The position numbers were made by a program, and so were the translations under genes. Of a stretch of DNA of 64,000 bases, positions 56,134 through 64,000 are shown one piece after another (the stretch's first letter is position 1; each line of letters starts with the position of its first letter). The notes beneath the pieces were generated by a model. It was not told the DNA's origin. It ran no database searches and was given only the letters and a program-made list of their open reading frames with translations. The stretch spans positions 494 to 64,493 of the forward strand of contig CAZWXI010000005.1 of assembly GCA_964637845.1 (NCBI GenBank), read 5' to 3'. The DNA is from an uncultured Hyphomicrobiales bacterium. Lineage in GTDB: Bacteria > Bacteroidota > Ignavibacteria > Kapaibacteriales > UBA2268.

Positions 56134-57437
56134 TGCAAATCCAACATCACATCGGAAAAATATTTTGGACGGTTGCCGATAAGGCGGTATATATTTTGTA
56201 TGGTCTAGTATATCTTGTTCAGGCATCCATTATGGAACCATCTGAATTGGGTTTATTTGCATTACTTATTGCCCTAAATATTTGGATTTTTGTCATCACT
56301 GATTCTTTTGCGCTGCAGTTGGTAATTCAATTTGGTTTCAACGATGAATCTCGCAGTAAAGCTAATGCGTATGCACTAATTCTACATATTTCGATTGTGA
56401 TGGTTTTGTCATCACTGATTATGTTGTTTTCTAATAATTTATCCACTCTATTTGATGAACATCGAATTAGTGAAATCGGTCAATTTTTACCACTTCTTGG
56501 ACTATTGATGATTCCACGAACTTATGCACAGAAACTCATGTTAAGAGATCATAAGATGTTTTTGATTTTTCTGACTGATGTAATCTTTTTCGGAATGATT
56601 TCTTACTATATCTTAGATGCAAGATTTAATCAGCTAAATTTTGACTTTTATGATGCTATAAATGCTTATATGTGGGGAGCTGCTGCAAGCTCTTTTGTAG
56701 CCATAGTATTAATTGCTAAAGATATCAAGATGGGGTTAAGTGGAGAAATAACATTTAAAGAAATGATTAAGTTTAGTATTCCCATAACTTTAACTAATTT
56801 GCTTAATACTATTCCAAAGCATTTAGATTTGTTTATTATCAAAATCTTTTTCGATTTACATTTTGTTGGACTATACCAAACAGCAAAAACTCTTTTTAGG
56901 TTTTTCGAGGAGGGTATCAACGGTGTAAACGGTTTAGTTTACCCTGCCGCAGTAAGATTTCTTAAATCGAAAGATTTCACTTCATTTAAACAACTTTTGA
57001 ATAAGTCATTATCATTTACTTTATTGACTTTTGTCTTCTTATCTCTAATTTTGGTAAGCAGTCTTTTGGATGGGTTTATTGAATGGTTTTTAAGTTCAAA
57101 ATATGCAGTATCCTTGGATTTGTTCAAAGTTATGTTGATTATGGCTATTTTGTTGCCTTTTACAATTTTTTATTTCCTTGTTATCGCAACTGGAAGAGTT
57201 AAATTATTGCTTACTAATACTATAATTTCTACCTTAATGAGTCTTTTAACCTACATAATCTTCGGAGTGATGGCGTTAAGTTATTTAATGCCTCTTGGAT
57301 ATGCCGTTTACTTATTCTCAATGACGTTACTGAATTATCATCTTCTTAAAATGGAAGCAACTGCCAGCATTAAACCAAATGATTTACTCAGTGCGATTAA
57401 CGATATAAAAAATTATCTGTATAAGAAAAGAAGATAA
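56133..57437 (+). CDS. Polysaccharide/oligosaccharide flippase-like (Wzx/MOP superfamily) membrane protein
   Basis: 434 aa with about 12-14 TM helices and a MOP-type layout. Its start overlaps the upstream stop (TAATG). Family call rests on topology and context. Confidence 0.5.
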   Translation: MQIQHHIGKIFWTVADKAVYILYGLVYLVQASIMEPSELGLFALLIALNIWIFVITDSFALQLVIQFGFNDESRSKANAYALILHISIVMVLSSLIMLFSNNLSTLFDEHRISEIGQFLPLLGLLMIPRTYAQKLMLRDHKMFLIFLTDVIFFGMISYYILDARFNQLNFDFYDAINAYMWGAAASSFVAIVLIAKDIKMGLSGEITFKEMIKFSIPITLTNLLNTIPKHLDLFIIKIFFDLHFVGLYQTAKTLFRFFEEGINGVNGLVYPAAVRFLKSKDFTSFKQLLNKSLSFTLLTFVFLSLILVSSLLDGFIEWFLSSKYAVSLDLFKVMLIMAILLPFTIFYFLVIATGRVKLLLTNTIISTLMSLLTYIIFGVMALSYLMPLGYAVYLFSMTLLNYHLLKMEATASIKPNDLLSAINDIKNYLYKKRR

Positions 57438-57441
57438 TTGC

Positions 57442-59205
57442 CTAAATATTTGTCATTATCGGCAACAGTACAAGAAAGGTCGTACCACTACCTTGAGTAC
57501 TTTGAACTCTTATGTGGCCATTAAGCTTTTTGACAGATTCGTTTACAACGGATAATCCTAATCCGGTCCCTGGCAAAACTCCAACGTTTGACGCTCTGTA
57601 AAACATTTCAAAAATTTGATGCTGTTCATCTTCTGGAATGCCAATACCAAAATCTTGTACTTCAAATTGCACCGCACTATTTGTCTTTTTAGCAAAAACA
57701 TTAATATGGCTTGTCGATGGAGAATATTTGACTGCATTAGTAAGCAAATTATTTAAAATATGCCATAAAAGCTTAGGGTCACTAAATATATAATCAATTT
57801 CTGATTGAATATTAACGACAAATTTGTGCGTAGTAGCATAAGTTTGCTTGATATCTTTTATCAGATTTTCGAAAAAGTTAGTAAGATTAACTTCTTGTAA
57901 TTGTAATGGGATTTTATGAGCTTCACTACGCCCAAGAAATGTTGTATTATCCAGCAAATCAGTCAATTTATCAACAGAGTGTAGAATTTTCTCTATTTGT
58001 CTTTTGAGTTCCAATTGTGTGAATCTCTCATAATAACGTTCAATTAATTGCGATGAACTTTTAATCACGGTTAGTGGGGTTCGGAATTCATGTGAAACCA
58101 TGTTGACAAAACGCATTTTCATCTCTCCGAGTTCTTTTTCCTGGAGGAACAATCTTCTCAATTCTTGCTCAACTTTTTCGCGTTCAGAAATTTCCAATTT
58201 CAATTTTTTTATTAACAGTTCCAAGTCTTCAGTTCTTTCTTTAACCTTTAGCTCTAAAATTTCATTTGTATCTTTTAGTGCATTTTCGTATTGCTTTCTT
58301 TCGGAAATATCAACAAAACTTTCGATGATAAGTTCCTTGTTCCCGGATTTAATTTGAGTCGTTTTACGTATTATCGGTATATAGTTCCCTGATGAATCCG
58401 TGAGGACAGTTTCAAACATATAGGATTCTTTGGAAATCCTTTCTGCATCTTCAATGAACTCTGGACTTTCTGACAAATAGCTTGACACGTCTTTTTCAAA
58501 TAATTCTTCCTGAGTTAATCCTATTAAATCTTGGGCAATAGGATTTGCCTGAATAATTCTATTATTCGAATTATCAACTATAAGAATTCCTGTCAATACA
58601 GAATCAATGACAGTTCTTAATTCTCTTTGGCTTTGCTTTAAATCTATTGTTCTTGCATATATTTTTTGTTCTAAGATAGCTTTTGTATTTTCAAGGTCCC
58701 TTAGTATATTCAATGATTGGATATCAGAGGCAAACATACCTGCGTATAATACTTTGAATTTATAGAGTATCTGATTGATTTCTTTCTCAGGATTTGTCAC
58801 AATGATAAAAACAATTCCGATTACCGAACGAGAAGTTTTCAGCGGAATCATCAAAACATTATTCATAGTAAATAATTTTTCCTTCAATTCAAATTCACAC
58901 ACATTTCCCGTGCTGAGAACCTCACCGACAATGCCCTCATGTATTGTTATATCAGCAATCTTTGTAAAAGCCTTTTCTGCGTCAGCGGGCAATGATAGTT
59001 TAAATTCAAGAGCCAAGCTATGAGGTGAAATCAAAAAAAGAGCTACAGAATGTGAGCAGGGTAATTTTTGAAAGACCTTGAGACCTTCGAGTAAAATCTC
59101 ATGTGAGGTCGTTGCTTTCGTTTTAAAATTAATATATTCTTCAGTTGCTTGGAAAAACTCTTTCCAGTCTCCACGAAAAAAATCATCTATATAATCAGTT
59201 TTCAT
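57442..59205 (-). CDS. Cytoplasmic sensor histidine kinase (GAF-like + PAS + HisKA + HATPase_c)
   Basis: H-box FVNMVSHEFRTPLTVI. N box LLTNAVKYS. G boxes VQDFGIGIP and GTGLGLS. PAS-like TGILIVDNSNNRIIQANP. No TM segment. Confidence 0.88.
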   Translation of the reverse strand: MKTDYIDDFFRGDWKEFFQATEEYINFKTKATTSHEILLEGLKVFQKLPCSHSVALFLISPHSLALEFKLSLPADAEKAFTKIADITIHEGIVGEVLSTGNVCEFELKEKLFTMNNVLMIPLKTSRSVIGIVFIIVTNPEKEINQILYKFKVLYAGMFASDIQSLNILRDLENTKAILEQKIYARTIDLKQSQRELRTVIDSVLTGILIVDNSNNRIIQANPIAQDLIGLTQEELFEKDVSSYLSESPEFIEDAERISKESYMFETVLTDSSGNYIPIIRKTTQIKSGNKELIIESFVDISERKQYENALKDTNEILELKVKERTEDLELLIKKLKLEISEREKVEQELRRLFLQEKELGEMKMRFVNMVSHEFRTPLTVIKSSSQLIERYYERFTQLELKRQIEKILHSVDKLTDLLDNTTFLGRSEAHKIPLQLQEVNLTNFFENLIKDIKQTYATTHKFVVNIQSEIDYIFSDPKLLWHILNNLLTNAVKYSPSTSHINVFAKKTNSAVQFEVQDFGIGIPEDEQHQIFEMFYRASNVGVLPGTGLGLSVVNESVKKLNGHIRVQSTQGSGTTFLVLLPIMTNI

Positions 59206-59210
59206 CCAGA

Positions 59211-60077
59211 TTAATTTCTAAGTCTTAACAAAAGTCCTTCGGACTCATTATATTCAGTCACTATTCTTTCAACATTGTAAGTGAAAAAGTTCGTTGGAAG
59301 TACTAATTTTTCCCACAAATCGAAATTTGGCTCAGGCACGATACTCTCCCATGAATATCCCATTCCGTACATGTTGGCAGCTATATTCGCTACATGAACT
59401 GATGCTATAAGATGATCGAACTCGTCACCGGTAAAGCCGTTTGTATGGTATCGTATTGTTTGCCTGATTGAAGCGGGTAATCGCCATTTATCCGCAAGCA
59501 TTTCTCCAATAACGGTGTGTGTTATGCCTAATAATTTCAATTCAGCTTCTCGAACGGTTAGTTTGAAGTCAACTGAAAAATCTATAACTTTTGCGTATTC
59601 TATAGGTAATATCTTTAAAAAAACGAGCTTACCCAAGTCATGCAAAACTCCTGCAAGGAAATAGTTCTCTAAATTTCTGATTCCAGATGATTTACCAATT
59701 AGCCTTGTGATTATTCCGACTCCGATTGAATGTTTCCATAAGTCAACGGGATTTATTTCATGTTTTGATTCAAGTGAATCAAATAGTCTTAATATTGTTA
59801 ATGCTGTAACCAGATTTTTTACTTCATCGAATCCTATATACAAAATCGCTTGAGATATTGTGCTGATTCGACCTTGAAAGCCATAGATAGCCGAATTGGC
59901 AACTTTGAGCAATTTAGAAGCAGATGCTTGGTCTTGTGATAATAGTGAAGCTAATTCATACGTTGTCGTTCGCGGATTTTCCATCAAATCCATTAGTGTT
60001 GAATAAATTGTGGGCAATGTAGGGAACTCGTCAATTTTTCTTAGTATATCATTTATATTGATGATTTGTTTATTCAT
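59211..60077 (-). CDS. HDOD-domain protein
   Basis: 288 aa. FPTLPTIYSTLMDLMENP, ILRLFD and LAGVLHDLGKLVF are HDOD motifs. Confidence 0.8.
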   Translation of the reverse strand: MNKQIININDILRKIDEFPTLPTIYSTLMDLMENPRTTTYELASLLSQDQASASKLLKVANSAIYGFQGRISTISQAILYIGFDEVKNLVTALTILRLFDSLESKHEINPVDLWKHSIGVGIITRLIGKSSGIRNLENYFLAGVLHDLGKLVFLKILPIEYAKVIDFSVDFKLTVREAELKLLGITHTVIGEMLADKWRLPASIRQTIRYHTNGFTGDEFDHLIASVHVANIAANMYGMGYSWESIVPEPNFDLWEKLVLPTNFFTYNVERIVTEYNESEGLLLRLRN

Positions 60078-60400
60078 GATTTATTATAATATTCAGTTGC
60101 TAATAGCAGTACCGCAGAATCGAATAAATCGCGTTCAATTCCGTTTCTTGGATGCCAAATCATTCTCTTTTCGAGCTTCTCAGCACATATTTCCAAGATT
60201 TCGCGGCTTATTTCAATCTGTTTTTCAATTTCATCAGATTTGATATATAAAGTTCTAATGTTCCATGTACGAAGTATTTTGATTTTTTCTTCCGTTAAGG
60301 TCATTCCAGCCGCTAGCAAAGTCTGATTGTAACTATTTAGAACCGGTTCTGCTAAAATCATTCCGGGTGTTACATCTTCCAATTTTACAGTTTTGCTCAT
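60074..60400 (-). CDS. Small protein resembling the N-terminal regulatory domain of HD-GYP proteins (DUF3391-like)
   Basis: 108 aa. VKLEDVTPGMILAEPVLNSYNQTLLAAGMTLTEEKIKILRTWNIRTLYI matches the (L.pGM.La.dv....g..Ll..G..Lt...i..L....i..v.i) pattern. 4-nt overlaps with both neighbours. Confidence 0.35.
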   Translation of the reverse strand: MSKTVKLEDVTPGMILAEPVLNSYNQTLLAAGMTLTEEKIKILRTWNIRTLYIKSDEIEKQIEISREILEICAEKLEKRMIWHPRNGIERDLFDSAVLLLATEYYNKS

Positions 60401-61176
60401 CTTGTCTTTAAATTTTCTACGAATTTAATCTTTTTTATCGTATCTGCATCATCAAACAGTATTTTTAATGGAGTAACAGACACATAGCCGTCATCAATAG
60501 CTGTATCGTCAGTTTCGGGGTCATGAGTGGAACTTATATAATCACCCGCAAACCAATAATATTCATTGCCGAAAGGGTCGTGTCTTTTCTCGAACCAGTC
60601 GTTCCAATAGGATTTTGCCAATCTTGTTACCCTTATACCATTTAATTTTTTATGGTCTATACTTGGGATGTTGACATTTAGCAGTATTTTATTGTCCCAA
60701 TGCCTACTGACAACGCTTTCTATTATCATCTCCGCGTAAGACTGTGCATCTCGCAGCGGTACGTTTAAGCTATGAGAAGTGATTGAAAATGCAATTGAAT
60801 TTATACCCGCCATAACGCCTTCAATCGCCGCGGCAACAGTTCCGGAATACATCACATTGATTGAAGTGTTTTTGCCGTGATTGATACCCGATAATATCAA
60901 ATCAGGTTTCTCTTCCAAAAGTGTAGTTAATGCAATTTTTACGCAATCTGCAGGCGTTCCGTCAACAGCATAACCGAAAAACTCCCTGTTCTTATAAAAC
61001 TTATGCACTTTAATCGGGCGATTAATCGTCAAAGCACTGCTTACGGCACTTTGCTGTCTGTCGGGTGCGAAAACAGTCACTTCTCCAAAATTTGATGCGG
61101 TTTGAGCTAATGCTTCGATGCCGGGAGAATTGATACCGTCATCGTTAGTAATTAATATATTAAGTTTCTTTTCCAC
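60397..61176 (-). CDS. surE: 5'/3'-nucleotidase SurE
   Basis: ILITNDDGINSPGI, SGINHGKN and YSGTVAAA motifs. 259 aa. Confidence 0.93.
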   Translation of the reverse strand: MEKKLNILITNDDGINSPGIEALAQTASNFGEVTVFAPDRQQSAVSSALTINRPIKVHKFYKNREFFGYAVDGTPADCVKIALTTLLEEKPDLILSGINHGKNTSINVMYSGTVAAAIEGVMAGINSIAFSITSHSLNVPLRDAQSYAEMIIESVVSRHWDNKILLNVNIPSIDHKKLNGIRVTRLAKSYWNDWFEKRHDPFGNEYYWFAGDYISSTHDPETDDTAIDDGYVSVTPLKILFDDADTIKKIKFVENLKTR

Positions 61177-61178
61177 AA

Positions 61179-62546
61179 TTATTTAATTAATCTCGTGATG
61201 TCGTTAAACAAAACAAATGCCATGAAAAGCAGTAAAATGATTATTCCGCCTTGCTGGAAAGCTATTTTTACACGAGTTGACAACTCTCTGCGAGTGATAC
61301 CTTCAATCATTACAAAAACTATATGCCCACCGTCCAATGCCGGAAAAGGTAGAATATTCATAAATGCAAGTGAAATAGAAAGCAAGGCAAGAAATCTCAA
61401 GAAACTTTCTAAACCACGATTGGCTTGTTCGCCAGCCATGTCCATAATTAATACGGGACCTGCCACTGATTCTCGGAAAGATAAATTGCCTTTAATAATT
61501 TGTTGTATTGAGCTTAAAAGCAGGTTAACAGAGGCAATACTTTCGTGAAAGCCGATACTTGCCGACTCAATCAAACCATAACTTATAGTAGAAAATGGAC
61601 CATAGCCGAGTTGGACACCAATCATGCCATTTTCGTCAGTGCTAAGCGAATCAGCAATGAGCAAATCGCCTCTTTTACGAACTAATTTGACCTTCTTGCC
61701 AATACTTTTTTTCAATTCTTCCTGAAGTATATTGAATCCATTTATGTCAATATCGTTTATAGCAATCAATGTATCCCCGGGTAATATTCCAGCATTATAT
61801 GCAGGTTGTCTGGGAAGCACCTTCTCGATATAAACAAAGATTCCTCCGGGTGATAATCCGATTGATTCTTTATTTGCCAATGCTTTTAGAATTTTTGTTC
61901 CGTCGGCTTTTATCGTAGTTTGTTCGTTGTCACGAACCAAGAGTATTTCTATCTCTTTGCCAAATTCTTTAAAGGTAATTGCTTCGATAAAATCACTCCA
62001 AGAATTAACTAGTGACGAATTAACTTCTAGGATTTTGTCGTCAGTCTTAATGCCCATTTTTTCACCAATGCTACCCGATTCAACTTTGCCGATTATCGTT
62101 GTAGAAATAACTGATTTGCCGTATGAAAATGTTACGAAAGCAAATACGATAACTGCCAAAAGTAAATTCATCAATACACCTGCACTCAACACGAATAATT
62201 TAGCCAATGTTCCTTTTGCTCTGAACTCCCATGGTGCTGCATGGCTTGATACAAATTTAGTATCGAAACTTTCGTCCACCATACCCGCGATTTTGACATA
62301 GCCACCGATAGGAAAGGCCGCTATTCGATAATCTGTGTTGCCTTGCAGGTCAAAATTATCAGGTAAACTACCAGTTGTAAATCCGTTTATTTTATTCCAA
62401 CCAAATAGCCTTTTGCCCATTCCGATACAAAAGATATCTGCTCGCATACCTGTAAGTCTCGCCGCAATAAAATGACCAAATTCATGAACGGCTACCAAAA
62501 TGCCTATTACTATGATAAAATAGAATATATTTGAAATAATTTCCAT
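61179..62546 (-). CDS. rseP: RIP (site-2) zinc metalloprotease RseP (M50)
   Basis: HEFGHF zinc motif in TM1, PDZ domains, and NILPFPALDGGH. Confidence 0.93.
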   Translation of the reverse strand: MEIISNIFYFIIVIGILVAVHEFGHFIAARLTGMRADIFCIGMGKRLFGWNKINGFTTGSLPDNFDLQGNTDYRIAAFPIGGYVKIAGMVDESFDTKFVSSHAAPWEFRAKGTLAKLFVLSAGVLMNLLLAVIVFAFVTFSYGKSVISTTIIGKVESGSIGEKMGIKTDDKILEVNSSLVNSWSDFIEAITFKEFGKEIEILLVRDNEQTTIKADGTKILKALANKESIGLSPGGIFVYIEKVLPRQPAYNAGILPGDTLIAINDIDINGFNILQEELKKSIGKKVKLVRKRGDLLIADSLSTDENGMIGVQLGYGPFSTISYGLIESASIGFHESIASVNLLLSSIQQIIKGNLSFRESVAGPVLIMDMAGEQANRGLESFLRFLALLSISLAFMNILPFPALDGGHIVFVMIEGITRRELSTRVKIAFQQGGIIILLLFMAFVLFNDITRLIK

Positions 62547-62551
62547 ATCTT

Positions 62552-63712
62552 TTAATATAAATTGTCAATAATTTCTTTTGATTTAATACGCGAAATTTTG
62601 TCTATTTCGCCGATATCGTCAAGCGAAGGGTTGGGAATAAATTCAATTGAATTAATAGTTCTCGAAATTACTTCCGGAATATCTATGAATCGTATCTTCC
62701 CTCCTAAAAAATGGCTAACGCACACTTCGTTTGAAGCATTTAGTACTGCAGGCACGTTGCCTCCAGATTCAAGAGCATCATAAGCCATAAATAGGCAAGG
62801 ATACCTATTTTTATCGGGTTGCCAAAAGTCGAAACTGCCTAAAGTCTTGAAATTAAGTCTTGGAAAATCGTTTACCATTCTTTCAGGGTAGAATAATGCA
62901 TAAGATATCGGTATTCGCATATCAGGCAAACCAAGTTGTGCCTTGATGGAGGCATCTTTAAATTGTACAAATGAGTGTATGATGGATTGCGGATGAATTA
63001 CTACCTCAATCCTATCTCTTTGCAAGCCGAAAAGCCAGTGTGCCTCGATTACTTCAAATCCTTTGTTCATCATAGTTGCTGAATCAATCGTAATCTTATT
63101 ACCCATACTCCAATTTGGATGATTTAGTGCCTGTTCGACCGAAATTGAAGCAAATTCCTGTAAAGGCAACTTCCTGAAAGGTCCTCCCGAAGCGGTTAGG
63201 ATTATTTTCTCGATATCATCGGTAGATTCCCCAGCAAGACACTGCAATATGGCGTTATGTTCGCTGTCAACTGCAATTATTTTCGCGCCGGTTTTTGAAG
63301 CTATATCAACCATAATACCACCAGCAACAACAAGTGTTTCTTTGTTTGCAAGAGCAACGTTAATACCGCTTTCCAATGCGGCGACAGTCGGTAATACACC
63401 ACTATATCCGACTAGTGCCGATACTACCAAATCATTGTCTCTATTGCTCGCAACATTAATTAAAGCATCTTTCCCGCAGATTATTTCGCAGCTTTGGTGA
63501 CTGAAATTTCGTATGAATTCGTAATATGACTCCTCTTTTACTATCACAACTGTCTTAGGATGGAATCGGTCAATTTGCTCGCTTAATACACATAGATTAT
63601 TATTGGCAGTTATACAAAGTATCTCAAAATGTTCGGGAACCTTCGAAATTACATCGAGAGTTTGCACACCTATCGAACCGGTTGAACCAAGTATTGTTAC
63701 TTTTTTCTTCAA
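62552..63712 (-). CDS. dxr: 1-deoxy-D-xylulose-5-phosphate reductoisomerase
   Basis: ILGSTGSIGVQTLDV, LANKE, DSEHNAI, NHPNWSMG and IHPQSIIHS. Confidence 0.95.
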   Translation of the reverse strand: MKKKVTILGSTGSIGVQTLDVISKVPEHFEILCITANNNLCVLSEQIDRFHPKTVVIVKEESYYEFIRNFSHQSCEIICGKDALINVASNRDNDLVVSALVGYSGVLPTVAALESGINVALANKETLVVAGGIMVDIASKTGAKIIAVDSEHNAILQCLAGESTDDIEKIILTASGGPFRKLPLQEFASISVEQALNHPNWSMGNKITIDSATMMNKGFEVIEAHWLFGLQRDRIEVVIHPQSIIHSFVQFKDASIKAQLGLPDMRIPISYALFYPERMVNDFPRLNFKTLGSFDFWQPDKNRYPCLFMAYDALESGGNVPAVLNASNEVCVSHFLGGKIRFIDIPEVISRTINSIEFIPNPSLDDIGEIDKISRIKSKEIIDNLY

Positions 63713-63722
63713 AACCTAATTT

Positions 63723-64000
63723 TTAAAAATCGTTTGTAATATCTTTATTTTGACGTACAGATAAGAACTTAAATTGGTCACTCGGAACGTTTTCATTTTG
63801 TTGTACTTTTATTTTTAAAAAGTATTTTATCATGAATTTTGAAACTATCGAAATAGTTCCGTCAGTGATGTATTCAGCTATTGATGGGTGCAGTTGTAAT
63901 ATGATCCTGAACTCATTCGATTTTTTTCGAAAATTCCTGAGCCACCGCTCGATTTCATTCACAAGGACAGTTTTTGACGTAATTCTGCCAATTCCTTTAC
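63723..64000 (-). CDS. Rne/Rng-family ribonuclease (RNase G/E), C-terminal end only; ORF enters from the right window edge
   Basis: The frame stays open upstream of the GTG picked by the ORF track (...KGIGRITSKTVLVNEIERWLRNF...). The pattern matches the RNase G C-terminus (G.G.v.s.e.v...i.r.l.... followed by a variable tail). Confidence 0.55.
   Translation of the reverse strand, partial: KGIGRITSKTVLVNEIERWLRNFRKKSNEFRIILQLHPSIAEYITDGTISIVSKFMIKYFLKIKVQQNENVPSDQFKFLSVRQNKDITNDF

Noticed and set aside
1-64000. Whole-window scan for CRISPR arrays, rRNA, tmRNA/RNase P/SRP RNA, riboswitch-like leaders, IS elements and known defence-system genes.
   Set aside because: I saw no spaced direct-repeat arrays and no conserved structured-RNA motifs that I could recognise by eye. 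I also saw no transposase, recombinase or nuclease-helicase defence signatures. The largest non-coding gaps (5979-6407, 8946-9408, 30509-30788, 37878-38258) contain only the features listed above. A covariance-model scan (Infernal/Rfam) would be needed to exclude small RNAs.

Overview
AT-rich, very gene-dense chromosomal segment of a Gram-negative bacterium: about 58 protein genes, one tRNA-Leu(UAA), and spacers that are mostly 10 nt or less or overlapping. Gene content points to an FCB-group organism (Bacteroidota/Ignavibacteriota-like), which is inference only. The supporting genes are a PorL/PorM-like pair, PNGase F-like and FGE-fold lipoproteins, DUF2723, NamZ, DUF4286 and two MacB-type/TolC efflux sets. 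Recurrent TAnnTTTG boxes just upstream of start codons fit the same assignment. Most genes are housekeeping: pepT, uppP, rqcH-like, yicC, mltG, ychF, glnS, xseAB, a DEAD-box helicase, dus, surE, rseP, dxr and an RNase G/E C-terminus. I found no rRNA, CRISPR array, transposase, integrase, phage module or recognisable defence system. The most unusual items are these. (1) A two-gene operon pairs a lipoprotein with a Trp/Tyr/His-rich core and a long Ser/Thr/Arg/Gly low-complexity tail with a FadL/PorV-like barrel. (2) A full peptidyl-tRNA hydrolase is fused in frame to a full oligopeptidase B. (3) A GldL/GldM (PorL/PorM)-like pair lacks adjacent K/N partners and sits between lptF/G and a TolC-RDD-MacA-MacB operon. 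(4) An MFP/MacB-type permease/TolC operon has no ATPase and is overlap-coupled to a DUF2723 (TMEM260-like) protein. Smaller observations are a palindromic REP-like element beside the tRNA, an (AAATAT)6 microsatellite between divergent genes, and convergent genes that overlap at their stops. All product calls rest on motifs I recognise by eye. No database search was run.
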